Assembly: GCA_964383765.1 (NCBI GenBank)
Contig: CAYLHT010000001.1
Span: 36,998 to 100,997, forward strand
Direction: 5' to 3'
DNA length: 64,000 bases
DNA from: an uncultured Gammaproteobacteria bacterium
GTDB taxonomy: Bacteria; Patescibacteriota; Patescibacteriia; SBBC01; CAIJZX01
A program made the translations under genes and the position numbers. How positions within the stretch are numbered: position 1 is the stretch's first letter; each line of letters starts with the position of its first letter. The notes below the pieces were generated by a model. The model was given only the letters and a program-made list of their open reading frames with translations, did not search any database and was not told where the DNA came from. This document shows positions 40,237-50,752 of the stretch, in pieces.

Positions 40237-42623
40237 GATGTTAGTGATGAAAATCTTTTTAAGCGCAAGGAATTGAGAACGACAAACAATGACGAAAACG
40301 CCATCGCGCCCGAAGCAATAATTGGGCTGAGCGTCACTTGAAAGGCGGGATAGAGCACGCCGGCCGCAATCGGTAAGCCAAGCAGATTGTAGATAAATGC
40401 CCAGAACAAATTCTGTTTGATATTGCGGAGCGTGGATCGAGCCAGGTCGAGAGCCGTGACTACCTGTTGCAGATCATTAGCCACAATGGTAATTCCTGCG
40501 GCTTCGCGCGCGACGTCCGTGCCGGAGCCCATGGCGATGCCAACATTGGCTTGAGCTAAAGCCGGCGCATCGTTGACGCCGTCGCCGACCATGGCGACGC
40601 GTTGACCTCGTGATTGTAATTCTTTGATCTTGGTCGCCTTATCTTGAGGCAAGACATTCGCGATGACGTTGGCCGGATCAATCCCAGCCTGCTGGGCGAT
40701 GTGGCGGGCCGTAATGTCGTTATCGCCGGTCAGCAGATAGGCCTGAACTCCACGCAAACGAAGTTGTTCAATCGCCTTGGCGGTTGTCGGTTTAATCGTA
40801 TCGGCTACGCCAATCACGCCGGCGCATTCGTTATCAACTCCAACCTGGACTGCGGTTTTGCCGCCCATGGCCAACTCTTCGCGATTCAAGCGGCATCCTT
40901 CCGCATGCATGCCCAGCCGCTCCAGTAACCGTGGAGCGCCAACGACCACACGCTTGCCATTAATTTTCCCACTCACGCCAGTGCCGGGATGGGCTTGAAA
41001 ATCCGTGACAGGCAAGAGTGTAAGTTCCCGTCGTTTTGCTTCAGCCACAATCGCTTGTCCAATCGGATGTTCACTTCGTGATTCGAGTGATGCAGCGTAT
41101 TGCAAAATGAAATCACGACCGAGGACATCAGTGACCGCGAGTTTGCCAGTCGTTAACGTTCCGGTTTTATCGAAGACCACTGCATCGATTTTTTGCAGAC
41201 CTTCTAGCGCTTCGGCATTGCGGATGAGAATCCCATGCTCTGCGCCCTTGCCGACGCCGATCATGACGGCGGTGGGTGTCGCGAGTCCTAATGCGCACGG
41301 ACAGGCGATGATCAAGACGGTGACCGCAAGGATCAGCGCAAAACTCAGCGGCGTGACACCTACCGGCGGGAAGATCATCCACACCACAAACGTCAGGATC
41401 GCAATGCCAATCACGATGGGCACGAACACGCCCGAAATTCGATCCGCTAAACGCTGAATTGGCGCCTGGGAACTTTGGGCTTCTTCCACCAGGTGAATAA
41501 TTTGACTCAGCAGCGTCTGCCCGCCGACTTTGGTGGCACGGAACGTCAGCGTGCCATTGGCGTTGACCGTCCCACCATAGACCGTACTCCCAGCTCGCTT
41601 TTCATTCGGGAGACTTTCTCCGGTGACCATCGCTTCGTCGACCGCCGATTGTCCTTCGGTCACGATGCCGTCGACCGCGATTTTTTCGCCCGGACGCACC
41701 ATGATCAGGTCATTCACCTGAACTTGATCGAGTGAAATTTCAACTTCCTGTCCGTTCCGGATCACGCGTGCAGTTTTGGCCGCCAGCCCAGCCAGCTTGC
41801 GAATCGCGTCGTTGGCGCCGGCTTTCGCCCGCGCTTCCAGTAATTTGCCAAGCAGAATCAGGGTGATGATCACCACCGTCACATCAAAATATGTCGCCGG
41901 CGCATGCCCGCTACCGCTGAACGCGTTTGGCCAAACCACGGCCACCAGGCTGAAGACATATGCGGCGCCGGTCCCCACCGCCACCAGCGTATCCATATTG
42001 GCTTGAAAAAACTTCAACGATTTCCAGGCACTGATGTAAAACTGCGATCCCGCCCAAACAATCATCCCGCTCGCGACGATTAACTTGACGACGTTCCATA
42101 GGTTTTCCGACCCGACCGCGACACCAATCATCCGAGCAATATCCGGAAACATCACGATGACTGAGGCCACGATACCAACGGCAACCTTTGTCTGGAGGGT
42201 GCGGAGTTCCAGCTGGCGGAGTATGCGAGCATGATCGTGGACACTATGATCCAAACCACCCGTTTCGTGGGCGTGTTCGTGGGCATGGGTGTGGTCACTC
42301 TTCCCCCCAATCCCCCTCCTCTCAATTGAGAGGAGGGGGGTGTCGGGGGTGGAGTGAATGACCGCGGTGTACCCAAGGTCGGCAACGCGCTGACCAATAG
42401 TGTCAGGTGAGCACTGATGAGGATCATACTCAACTTTTGCCCTTTCGGTCGCATAGTTGACCTGCGCTGATGTCACCCCCGGCAATTTCTTGACTACGCG
42501 TTCAATACTTTTTGCGCACGAAGCACAGTGCATTCCAATCACCGGGAATGTCAACGTCGACTCAGTCATCCTACTTGACGAGGTTGATTGGTTTTCCTGC
42601 CGCGAACGCTTCAACATTGGCAA
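40233..42623 (-). CDS. copA: copper-translocating P1B-type ATPase with an in-frame MITE-like insertion in the HMA-to-TM linker
   Basis: HMA motif [11 protein letters not shown] motif [11 protein letters not shown], phosphorylation site DKTGTLT, HP and GDGVNDAP motifs. The element at 42296-42356 encodes ...[21 protein letters not shown].... Confidence 0.9.
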   Translation of the reverse strand: MPMLKRSRQENQSTSSSRMTESTLTFPVIGMHCASCAKSIERVVKKLPGVTSAQVNYATERAKVEYDPHQCSPDTIGQRVADLGYTAVIHSTPDTPLLSIERRGIGGKSDHTHAHEHAHETGGLDHSVHDHARILRQLELRTLQTKVAVGIVASVIVMFPDIARMIGVAVGSENLWNVVKLIVASGMIVWAGSQFYISAWKSLKFFQANMDTLVAVGTGAAYVFSLVAVVWPNAFSGSGHAPATYFDVTVVIITLILLGKLLEARAKAGANDAIRKLAGLAAKTARVIRNGQEVEISLDQVQVNDLIMVRPGEKIAVDGIVTEGQSAVDEAMVTGESLPNEKRAGSTVYGGTVNANGTLTFRATKVGGQTLLSQIIHLVEEAQSSQAPIQRLADRISGVFVPIVIGIAILTFVVWMIFPPVGVTPLSFALILAVTVLIIACPCALGLATPTAVMIGVGKGAEHGILIRNAEALEGLQKIDAVVFDKTGTLTTGKLAVTDVLGRDFILQYAASLESRSEHPIGQAIVAEAKRRELTLLPVTDFQAHPGTGVSGKINGKRVVVGAPRLLERLGMHAEGCRLNREELAMGGKTAVQVGVDNECAGVIGVADTIKPTTAKAIEQLRLRGVQAYLLTGDNDITARHIAQQAGIDPANVIANVLPQDKATKIKELQSRGQRVAMVGDGVNDAPALAQANVGIAMGSGTDVAREAAGITIVANDLQQVVTALDLARSTLRNIKQNLFWAFIYNLLGLPIAAGVLYPAFQVTLSPIIASGAMAFSSLFVVLNSLRLKRFSSLTS
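42296..42356. repeat. nested palindromic MITE-like element, copy B (CACTCttcccccc..CCCCCTCCTCTCaattGAGAGGAGGGGG..gggggtGGAGTG)
   Basis: Outer arms CACTC/GGAGTG and inner 12-nt perfect arms around AATT. Shares its core and outer arms with copy C at 59611-59682. Confidence 0.7.
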
Positions 42624-43569
42624 TGGTCGTGTCGAGGATTCGGCGCAAAGCTTCGCCGGTGTTGAAGGCGTTATGCGGGGTGATGATGACGCGCGGATGA
42701 TTCAAGAGCATGTGGTCTGCCAGAACGGTTTGCAGGTCACACTTGGTTTGGAACACCCCGCTTAGCAATTCACGCTCTTCTTGAATTGCGCATTCCTCTT
42801 CGAGCACGTCTAACCCAACACCGGCTAAGTGTCCGGCATCGAGCACTCGCAACAGCGCTTGAGTATCGATCAGTGAACCCCGCGCAGTGTTGATCAGGAA
42901 GGCCGTCGGTTTCATCAGCGTCAGCCGTTCTTGGTTGAGGAGGTGATGGGTGGCCGGTGTGGCCGGGGCGTGCAAGGAGACCGCGTCACTCTCGGACAAG
43001 ATTTGGTCGAGATCGTGATAAGCGAAATTCAGTTGTTGGGTGAGCTCGGGTCGAGGGTGCGGATCATAGGCGATGACCTTCATCCCAAAACCACTGGCCA
43101 TCCGAATCGCATGTTGCCCAATCTTGCCGGTGCCAATCACGCCGAAGGTTTTTCCGGCCAGGTCAACGCCGCGCAAACCTTCGAGACGGAAATCACCGTG
43201 CTTCGTGCGTTCAACACTCGGTACAATCTTGCGTGTTAGCGCTAATAAGAGGGCAAAGGCTTGTTCGGCGACCGTGTTCTCGCCATACGAGGGCACATTG
43301 CTGACAATAATCCCGCGTTGCTGGCAAGCCGCCACGTCAATGTGATCAAACCCGGTGGACATGGTCGCTACCATCTTCAGGTTGGGAAACTTTTTCAAGG
43401 CCTCGGCCGTGATTGGGCTGTAGATAAACACAATCAATGCTTCGGGGTCGCCGAGGTCGCCAACTTGTTCGAGATGTTTAGTGCTAAATTTCCCGGCGGG
43501 GAATTTCTGCTTCAACAAATCAATTTCCCACTGTTCGAGTTCAACTCCCGCGAGCGCTAGATTTTTCAT
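42571..43569 (-). CDS. D-isomer-specific 2-hydroxyacid dehydrogenase (NAD-binding)
   Basis: [31 protein letters not shown] Rossmann motif and catalytic R/E/H region; overlaps copA by about 50 nt. Confidence 0.8.
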   Translation of the reverse strand: MKNLALAGVELEQWEIDLLKQKFPAGKFSTKHLEQVGDLGDPEALIVFIYSPITAEALKKFPNLKMVATMSTGFDHIDVAACQQRGIIVSNVPSYGENTVAEQAFALLLALTRKIVPSVERTKHGDFRLEGLRGVDLAGKTFGVIGTGKIGQHAIRMASGFGMKVIAYDPHPRPELTQQLNFAYHDLDQILSESDAVSLHAPATPATHHLLNQERLTLMKPTAFLINTARGSLIDTQALLRVLDAGHLAGVGLDVLEEECAIQEERELLSGVFQTKCDLQTVLADHMLLNHPRVIITPHNAFNTGEALRRILDTTIANVEAFAAGKPINLVK

Positions 43570-43844
43570 AGTCGTTCAAATACCTGCATCAACTCGCCAA
43601 TGGTTTTATCGGCGCTGCCGCCTTTAGAGTCACGCATGTCGCGGGCGACGCAGGTTCGTAAATGTTGACTCAAGACTTGCTCATCAAATTTTTTGAGGGC
43701 CTGTTGAATGGCGCGGGACTGGTGAATGATGTCGATGCAATAGGCGCCCTGGTCAACCATTTGCCGAACTTTCCGGAGGTGACCTTCAACAATCGCCAGC
43801 CGATGGCCGGTCGTTTTGCGCTTATCTACGGTTAGGGTTTTCAT
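43566..43844 (-). CDS. csoR: CsoR/RcnR-family metal-sensing transcriptional repressor
   Basis: 92 aa, RLAIVEGHLRKVRQMVDQGAYCIDIIHQSRAIQQAL...HLRTCV matches the CsoR W-X-Y-Z pattern (Cys in YCIDI, His, Cys). Confidence 0.75.
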   Translation of the reverse strand: MKTLTVDKRKTTGHRLAIVEGHLRKVRQMVDQGAYCIDIIHQSRAIQQALKKFDEQVLSQHLRTCVARDMRDSKGGSADKTIGELMQVFERL

Positions 43845-43875
43845 GAAAATTGGCCTTTATTCGTTGATGAATGAA

Positions 43876-43935
43876 ACTACCTAGGGGGATTCGTGGATGA
43901 CCATGTGGATAGCTCTAATCCCCTATGGGGGGATT
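43876..43935. promoter_or_regulatory. putative CsoR operator boxes (G-tract palindromes)
   Basis: AATCCCC-tat-GGGGGGATT at 43917-43935 and the half-site CTAGGGGGATT at 43883-43893, in the copZ-csoR intergenic space about 80 nt upstream of csoR. Confidence 0.45.
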
Positions 43936-43982
43936 ATATCAAGACCTGCAAAACCGAGCAAATTCCCTATTCGAGATGTGCT

Positions 43983-44192
43983 CTATACAAACTTCTCAAC
44001 CGGATACCCCTCGGACGCTAATGCCCGTTGAAGCTGGTCCGGCTGAACCGATTCATCGTGTTCGACCGTCAATGTTTTTTTGATGGTGTTGACTTCAGCC
44101 TTGGTGACGCCGGCCGTGTCTTCGCAAATCCCTTCCATCACCATCGAGCAGGAAGCGCAGTCGTGTTTGAGAACTTTGAAGGTGGTGGTCAT
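43983..44192 (-). CDS. copZ: copper chaperone CopZ (HMA domain)
   Basis: 69 aa; metal-binding motif LKHDCASCSMV (MxCxxC). Confidence 0.8.
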   Translation of the reverse strand: MTTTFKVLKHDCASCSMVMEGICEDTAGVTKAEVNTIKKTLTVEHDESVQPDQLQRALASEGYPVEKFV

Positions 44193-44198
44193 TTCTTA

Positions 44199-45200
44199 TT
44201 AGACTGCATCAATTGTTCCAGTGTACATACCCATCCCACAACTAAACGTGTATCGACCAGCGGTTGGGAAGGTAACGGCTAAGGTCGTCGTGCCGGTTTG
44301 CTCAACCTGTTGTTCAACTTGAAGTTTTGGGATGCGGAAAATACTTGTGCAACCCAGGCGGCCTTTGGCCGATAATGCTAACTGGACCTCTTGCCCAGCT
44401 GGAACGGTGATTGCATTGGGTGAGTACCCATTCGGCAAAACACTAATCGCCACCATCGTTTCAGCCGCGCCCGAACTTTCCGCGCCGCCGGTCACGGCCC
44501 AGCGTAAGGCCGCGACTTCATTCTGAATAGTGTATGGCGAATCGATCATCACCATCGCCCCGTTGAACGTGTAAACTCCGAGTGCAATCACTATGCCGGC
44601 CGTGGCGAGCGCCAATTTGCGCTGGAACAACATGGTGCCCTTGGCCAAAACCCCAACCAGGAAAAACAGTGGCGCCGTGCCGAGCACAAAGGCCAACATA
44701 ATGGCGCCGCCTTGAATGGCTTTACCGGTCGTAACCGCGGCTGTTTCCATGGCAATGGTCGTGCCGCAGGGAATGAAGATCGTCAGCAGACCCAACATCG
44801 CCGGCGCCAACCAGGTTTCGCTTTTTCCCTGCTTGCGGATAAAGCGTCGGACTCCGGCCGGGGCTTGAATGTTCAACCACGGCAACCACTGCGGCCAGAT
44901 GAGGCGAATGCCGGTGATAACAATGAACACACCGGCGATCGATTGGAGCCACACACTCACCGTGCTGGACAGCTGCAGACGTGAACCAACCGCCCCAAGC
45001 AAGAAACCGAGCAGGGTGTAGGCTATCGTCTTGGCAATCAGAAAACCGCTGACCGGAATAATCATTTGGTGCCATTTTGTTCCGGTTTCACCATCTCCCT
45101 GACGCTTAGCGAGCAAGCCCAACAACAAACCCCCCTGCACAGCCATGCAGGTCAATCCGCCAGTTGAAAGCCCAGTAATAAATGCGATCCAGGGAGTCAT
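44199..45200 (-). CDS. membrane protein with a DsbD/CcdA-like TM core and a C-terminal cupredoxin-like Cys/Met domain (putative copper handling)
   Basis: TM Cys LTCMAVQGG and FIPCGTT. The C-terminal soluble beta domain ...GRYTFSCGMGMYTGTIDAV resembles the plastocyanin-like tail but is Met-rich. Confidence 0.45.
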   Translation of the reverse strand: MTPWIAFITGLSTGGLTCMAVQGGLLLGLLAKRQGDGETGTKWHQMIIPVSGFLIAKTIAYTLLGFLLGAVGSRLQLSSTVSVWLQSIAGVFIVITGIRLIWPQWLPWLNIQAPAGVRRFIRKQGKSETWLAPAMLGLLTIFIPCGTTIAMETAAVTTGKAIQGGAIMLAFVLGTAPLFFLVGVLAKGTMLFQRKLALATAGIVIALGVYTFNGAMVMIDSPYTIQNEVAALRWAVTGGAESSGAAETMVAISVLPNGYSPNAITVPAGQEVQLALSAKGRLGCTSIFRIPKLQVEQQVEQTGTTTLAVTFPTAGRYTFSCGMGMYTGTIDAV

Positions 45201-45264
45201 AAAAAACGAATTTTATCTACTACAGAGCGTAGTAGGTTTAATCACTATTGTCAACTTGTGTATA

Positions 45265-48200
45265 TTACGGCGCCCGCAAATCCGTAATCGCGCCCGGCGG
45301 CGTTGTGTCTGGGATCGGATCACTGACGGTCAGAATAATTGAGCTGCTGGTCGTAGTATTTCCCGCTGCATCCCGCGCAATAGCCGTGATGGTATGATTA
45401 CCGTTGATCAGGTAAGTTGTTGACCACATTGTTTGATAGGGCTCGGTCGCGTCTTCGTTCCCGAGATTTTGCCCATCAACTTTGAATTGGACCCCCACCA
45501 CGCCGATATTGTCGCTGGCAGTGGCAGTCAGGCTGACATCATTGCTGACCGTTGCATTGTTGGTCGGCACCGTAATGGAAATCGTCGGAGGCGTTGTGTC
45601 CGGTACCGCATCGTTCACACTGACCGTTACTGGGCTACTCGTGGTCGTGTTCCCGGCTCCATCGCGAGCGACGGCAGTAATCGTATGACTTCCGTTGAGC
45701 ACATACGTCGTTGACCAGATCGTTTGATACGGCGCTGAAGTAACTTCACTGCCGAGGTTTTGCCCATCAACCTTGAATTGGACTCCGGCGAGAAAGACAT
45801 TATCAGTTGCCGTGGCTGTTAAGGTGACATCATCAGCAACTGTACTACTATTGGTTGGGCTGCTGATTGAGACGGTCGGCGGCGTCGTATCAACCGGAGT
45901 CAATTCGTATACCCCAACACCATACGTGCCGAGGCTGGGACTCAAACTCGTCGAAGTTGAGGTGGCGGTTTGTTGGGTCACGACTTCTTTGGCTGAGCTG
46001 ATGGCTAACCCATTGAAGTTAATCGTCCCGGTAGCGGTCGAAACGCTCTTATTCACGACGATCAAATACGTTTTGCCCGCATACTGTTTCACCCCAACGT
46101 CGAAATTTGAGTTGGTGGATGAGATCGGGTTGATGGTCGGCGCGCCGGTTGATCCTAACACCGGGCCGAGTCGCATCAATTCATTAATGACGTCGTTGAC
46201 TTTGACCCAGTGCCAATCAACTCCCGGCTGAGCCCGAATCTTCGAGTAGCCGTAAATATAGATATTTCGAGCGCCGTGGTTGAGCGCCAGGTACGCCATG
46301 CTCCGTAACTCATCCCGGGTAACGAATCGCGTCGCTAATGGCCAATCCCCGGGCCAAGTGTCATTAATATCCCATTCAAAACCTTCCAAGACCGCATCAA
46401 AGGTTTTTCCACTCGAGGCGGCGCTGTCGAACGTTGTGATGACACCACTCGGTTTGTCGGCCGGAATCGGATAGGAGTCCACTAGCCCCCAATCCATTGA
46501 GTTGAGATAGGGATAGCTCGGAGAAAGCTGCGGCGCCACGATGTTGGCGGGGTGATTCGAGTCATTTTGTTTGACCGCCAGGTAAGCAGTATGCAGGTTG
46601 GTGGCATTAATCCCATTGTTCTCCGGCTCGTCATACATGTCCCAGCCAATTAAGGCTGGATAATCCTTGTTGATGGCGACGCGATTGGCGATGGCGGACG
46701 CGTTTCCACTCGCCACATCCGGTCGGCTGAGTCCGATCAGGACTTCCCGATGCTTGGCCGCCATTTCATCCATGTACAATTTTATTTTCTGATCGGTGTC
46801 GTATTCAAAGCTCGGTCCACTAAACACCGAGAAACGGCTGCGTTCGGCATCTTGAATCTCAAATAACGGCGGCGTATTGGCAATCGATGATAGGCCCGGT
46901 CCGGACAGTCCAGTCCGGAAGGAGGAATTTGGATCAGGCGGGACCCAGTCAGTCGACGGATCGGTGGTGAAACTCAAATCACCGCTTCGGCCCATTCGCC
47001 CACCAGAATCAGCCGATGACACCTGGCAATGGTAGAATGTGTTCGGCGCTAAATTCGTTAGATCAAATGAATGGCTGGCGGACAAAGCGCCCTGAGTTTG
47101 GGTTGTTCCGTATGCCGTCGTGAGCCCGCAGTCAATCCGGCCAGTTGCGTTCTCATCAGTTGTCCAGGTGACCGTGGCCGTCGTTGACGTAATCGGGTAG
47201 ACACTCACGTACGTCAGGACCGGAGCTTGAATGTCGCTCACGATTGGTTCAATTCTCAAATCATCCAACCAGGCATTGACCGGCCCATTATCGTTGGCTT
47301 CAAGTTTGATGCTCATCATCCAGGGCGCCGACCAGCTAAATGAATTTTGCCAGGCCCAGGTGAAGAATTTAGATTTGGGCATAACCACTTGATTCCAGCC
47401 GGCGCTCAATCCAGCGACTGAGGTGAACGTCCAGGCTTGCACGCCCACTGCACCCGAGCGAACGGTAAATACCATTCGACCGAAATTGACGGGTTGGTCG
47501 ACGTACACCCAGGCGACCATTTCCCAGGAGTTCGAAGCGCTCAATCCGCTGACGGGAATGACTCGTTCGGTGTAATCATTGCCACTATTCCCACTCGAAA
47601 GTTTGAGCGAACCGCTGCCTTCGTGAACGTAGGTTGGGTTGGTCTCATGTGTCGGTTCGGCCCGGAACCAATCGGCGCGACTCGACCACTGGTAGGGAAT
47701 ATCGGTATCGGCATGCTTGCCGGCGCTCCAGACCTCGCCCGGATCAAAGCTCGCGAGTTGCAGCGATGAGCCGCTATAGGTCAGGGCTGTCGTCGGGGTG
47801 AGCGTGATGTCGTCCACCCAGATTGTACCGAGACCATTCCCGGCTCCGAAGGTTAAACTAAAACTGGTGGCCGGCATGGAATCGGGCGTTCTAAACGTGG
47901 CGGTGTAGGTTTGCCAGCTGGTGCCAATATTGATCGGATTCTGCATGCCGAGGAAATTGTATGGTAACTTTACGACGTCAACTTCCATCGGTCGTGCGAC
48001 CGATGCCTTAGCTCGGAAGGTGATCGTGTAACTGGTCTGGGCGGCTAGTGAATTCAAATTACCGCCGGTTTGAATCAGGCGGGTATTCGAGTAGTAATCA
48101 ACGGAACCGATGTTATTCACGACCAACCGAGCCACGGTATTACCAGGCTGATCGGGATCAGTGACAGCCGTGACCGAGTTTTGACTGGGGTTCACAACCG

Positions 48201-48411
48201 CGGTGGTCCAGGACGTCAGATCGCCAGTCGAAAAGTCACCGTTTGCGACGATCGGGGTTTGCGCCTCTGCCGTGGGAATTTTTTCTGGGCGTGAAAACGC
48301 TATGCCGATCAATGTCGCGCTTGTCAGGAATCCGGCAATCAACAAAAAAACGCCGTGGCGTTTGTAGCGGGAAAACGTGAAAGAATTTTTTTGCTTTTGG
48401 GAGTATTTCAT
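45265..48411 (-). CDS. large secreted multidomain protein (CBM4/9-like, TIM-barrel glycosidase-like core, FN3, two C-terminal Ig-like repeats)
   Basis: N-terminal anchor; the GDFSTGDLTSW...YTITFRAKAS CBM-like fold; GWDMYDEPEN motif; FN3 PVLTYVSVYPITSTTATVTWTTDE; two ~95-aa C-terminal repeats (TPPTVSISSPTN... / TPPTISITVPTN...). Confidence 0.6.
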   Translation of the reverse strand: MKYSQKQKNSFTFSRYKRHGVFLLIAGFLTSATLIGIAFSRPEKIPTAEAQTPIVANGDFSTGDLTSWTTAVVNPSQNSVTAVTDPDQPGNTVARLVVNNIGSVDYYSNTRLIQTGGNLNSLAAQTSYTITFRAKASVARPMEVDVVKLPYNFLGMQNPINIGTSWQTYTATFRTPDSMPATSFSLTFGAGNGLGTIWVDDITLTPTTALTYSGSSLQLASFDPGEVWSAGKHADTDIPYQWSSRADWFRAEPTHETNPTYVHEGSGSLKLSSGNSGNDYTERVIPVSGLSASNSWEMVAWVYVDQPVNFGRMVFTVRSGAVGVQAWTFTSVAGLSAGWNQVVMPKSKFFTWAWQNSFSWSAPWMMSIKLEANDNGPVNAWLDDLRIEPIVSDIQAPVLTYVSVYPITSTTATVTWTTDENATGRIDCGLTTAYGTTQTQGALSASHSFDLTNLAPNTFYHCQVSSADSGGRMGRSGDLSFTTDPSTDWVPPDPNSSFRTGLSGPGLSSIANTPPLFEIQDAERSRFSVFSGPSFEYDTDQKIKLYMDEMAAKHREVLIGLSRPDVASGNASAIANRVAINKDYPALIGWDMYDEPENNGINATNLHTAYLAVKQNDSNHPANIVAPQLSPSYPYLNSMDWGLVDSYPIPADKPSGVITTFDSAASSGKTFDAVLEGFEWDINDTWPGDWPLATRFVTRDELRSMAYLALNHGARNIYIYGYSKIRAQPGVDWHWVKVNDVINELMRLGPVLGSTGAPTINPISSTNSNFDVGVKQYAGKTYLIVVNKSVSTATGTINFNGLAISSAKEVVTQQTATSTSTSLSPSLGTYGVGVYELTPVDTTPPTVSISSPTNSSTVADDVTLTATATDNVFLAGVQFKVDGQNLGSEVTSAPYQTIWSTTYVLNGSHTITAVARDGAGNTTTSSPVTVSVNDAVPDTTPPTISITVPTNNATVSNDVSLTATASDNIGVVGVQFKVDGQNLGNEDATEPYQTMWSTTYLINGNHTITAIARDAAGNTTTSSSIILTVSDPIPDTTPPGAITDLRAP

Positions 48412-48723
48412 TTTTCCCCCTGACTATGACCCATTATAACATTTTCCAAGCGAAAAATCAAGTGAAGAATATTCTTGAATAAAATTTTTTCTTACAACCC
48501 AAATAAGCTCGGATAATTATTGAACATTCGACTTTACAACGTACCAGGCTGATCTCGAGTGGTTTGTAAATTATTTCTTTATCCACCATCAATATTGACA
48601 GCGGGTTTATACTTAACGTTAGCCTCCCCACGATCGTGCTGTGCCAAGGACGGCACCCAGAAACCGCGGTTCGACCAAGGAGTAGTACCCGAGTCCATCG
48701 CATGGACGCAACCGCGTTTTCCA

Positions 48724-48759
48724 GGGGCGACCCGCAGTCCGGTCGCCCCATTTTCTTTT
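48724..48759 (+). terminator. rho-independent terminator with no annotated upstream plus-strand gene
   Basis: GGGGCGACC-cgcagtc-GGTCGCCCC followed by ATTTTCTTTT. Confidence 0.6.
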
Positions 48760-48783
48760 CCTTTTCGCAGTCGGGTCAATTGC

Positions 48784-48812
48784 TTGTCAAAATACGCCCC
48801 GTCGGATATACT
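48784..48812 (+). promoter_or_regulatory. sigma70-type promoter for ftsH
   Basis: TTGTCA (48784-48789), 17-nt spacer, TATACT (48807-48812), 11 nt before ATG 48824. Confidence 0.55.
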
Positions 48813-48823
48813 CGGCCCGTACC

Positions 48824-50656
48824 ATGAACCCCCTGCTTAAGAATATTCTCATCTTTTTTGGCTCCATTCTCGTCCTGAGCTTCCTGTTTAGCTCAGTCAA
48901 TTTATCGTCCAATGGCGCCAAAACCGTCAGTCTCGGCCAGGTTATCCAGAAAATTAACGCTGACCAGGTCAAGACTGTCGATGTGAATGGTGACCAACTG
49001 AACATCACGCTGAAAGACAATTCAAAGCTGATTGCCCATAAGGAACCGACGGTTGATTGGTCAACTTTAGCGAAGAATTACGGTGTCGATCCACAAAAGC
49101 TGATCGCCGTAGCCGGGACGGTCAAAGACAACTCCAGCACCGTCTTCTGGCTCAACACGATCTTACCAATTGTTGTGCCATTGTTGTTCATTGGCGTGTT
49201 CTTCTGGCTGACGTTCCGTCAAGTCCAGGGCCAGAACAACCGCGCCTTGAGTTTTGGTCAAGTCGCGCAGCGCGAACCGGAGCAACCGACCAAGAAAAAA
49301 CCTGTGACATTCAAAGATGTGGCCGGCGCTAAGGAAGCCAAGGAAGAACTACAAGAGATTGTCGAGTTTTTGAAAAACCCAAAACGTTTTACTGATCTTG
49401 GTGCTCGGATTCCCAAGGGCGCCCTGTTAGTGGGTCCGCCCGGCACCGGCAAAACCCTACTAGCCAAAGCCATTGCTGGTGAAGCCGACGTACCGTTCTA
49501 CAACATCTCCGGTTCAGAATTCGTGGAGATGTTCGTGGGCGTTGGCGCCTCGCGGGTGCGTGATTTGTTCCGCCGCGCGAAGAAAACTGCGCCCAGCATC
49601 GTCTTCATCGATGAAATCGACGCTGTCGGCCGCCAACGCGGAGCCGGTCTCGGTGGCGGCCACGACGAGCGCGAACAAACTCTTAACCAGATCTTGGTCG
49701 AGATGGACGGCTTTGATACCGACACGCACGTGATCGTGATCGCCGCCACCAATCGCCCGGACATTCTTGATCCAGCTTTGTTGCGCCCCGGCCGTTTTGA
49801 CCGACGGGTGACAATTGATTTGCCGGACATCGGCGAACGGGAAGCGATTTTGAAAGTTCACGCCGTTGGGAAACCACTTGGTCAAGATGTGAACTTACGC
49901 CGTGTCGCCGAACGCACACCTGGCTTCTCCGGCGCCGACTTGTCGAACCTGCTAAACGAAGCCGCGATTTTGACCGCTCGCGACCGCCGCACCACGGTCA
50001 CGTTCAACGATTGTATCAACGCCATGGAAAAAGTTTTGCTCGGGCCCGAACGGCGGTCGAAAGTCATGAACGACGAAGAGAAAAAACTGACCGCTTTCCA
50101 CGAAGGTGGACACGCCGTCGTCGCCCATTTCTTACCGGACGCCGATCCCATCCAAAAAGTCTCGATTATTTCCCGCGGCCGAGCTGGTGGTTTCACCTTG
50201 AAAACGCCAACCGAGGATAAGAACTATCATACCCTCAAAGAATTCCAGGCCGACCTGGCAGTTATGCTGGCCGGTCAGCAAGCTGAACAGCAAACCTTCG
50301 GACAAGTCTCAACCGGCGCCAGTAGTGATCTCCAAAGTGCGACCCGGCTCGCCCGGCAGATCGTCACCCGCTTCGGCATGAGCGAGCTTGGCCCTCGGAC
50401 CTTCGGTCAATCCGAAGAAATGATTTTCCTGGGCCGCGAAATCCACGAGCAACGTGACTACTCAGAGAAAGTTGCGCAGCAAATTGACCAACAAATTGAC
50501 CATTTGTTAACCACCGCCCGCCAAACAGCCGCCGATATCCTGAAACACCACAAATCTCTCCTGCAGAAAATAGCCGACGAGCTGCTGATCAAGGAAACGA
50601 TCGAAAAAGAGGAATTCGAGGCCTTGGTTGGCCCGAAGCCAACTACTCGGGTCTAG
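48824..50656 (+). CDS. ftsH: ATP-dependent zinc metalloprotease FtsH
   Basis: N-terminal TM, AAA Walker [17 protein letters not shown], and zinc motif HEGGHAV. Confidence 0.95.
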   Translation: MNPLLKNILIFFGSILVLSFLFSSVNLSSNGAKTVSLGQVIQKINADQVKTVDVNGDQLNITLKDNSKLIAHKEPTVDWSTLAKNYGVDPQKLIAVAGTVKDNSSTVFWLNTILPIVVPLLFIGVFFWLTFRQVQGQNNRALSFGQVAQREPEQPTKKKPVTFKDVAGAKEAKEELQEIVEFLKNPKRFTDLGARIPKGALLVGPPGTGKTLLAKAIAGEADVPFYNISGSEFVEMFVGVGASRVRDLFRRAKKTAPSIVFIDEIDAVGRQRGAGLGGGHDEREQTLNQILVEMDGFDTDTHVIVIAATNRPDILDPALLRPGRFDRRVTIDLPDIGEREAILKVHAVGKPLGQDVNLRRVAERTPGFSGADLSNLLNEAAILTARDRRTTVTFNDCINAMEKVLLGPERRSKVMNDEEKKLTAFHEGGHAVVAHFLPDADPIQKVSIISRGRAGGFTLKTPTEDKNYHTLKEFQADLAVMLAGQQAEQQTFGQVSTGASSDLQSATRLARQIVTRFGMSELGPRTFGQSEEMIFLGREIHEQRDYSEKVAQQIDQQIDHLLTTARQTAADILKHHKSLLQKIADELLIKETIEKEEFEALVGPKPTTRV

Positions 50657-50752
50657 CTCGGACCACGGAGCGATTAGACTGGTAGTGGGTTTTATGGTAT
50701 ACTCTAGCCCGTTCGATTAGTCCCGATACATCAACTCAAATCCAGCACGTTC

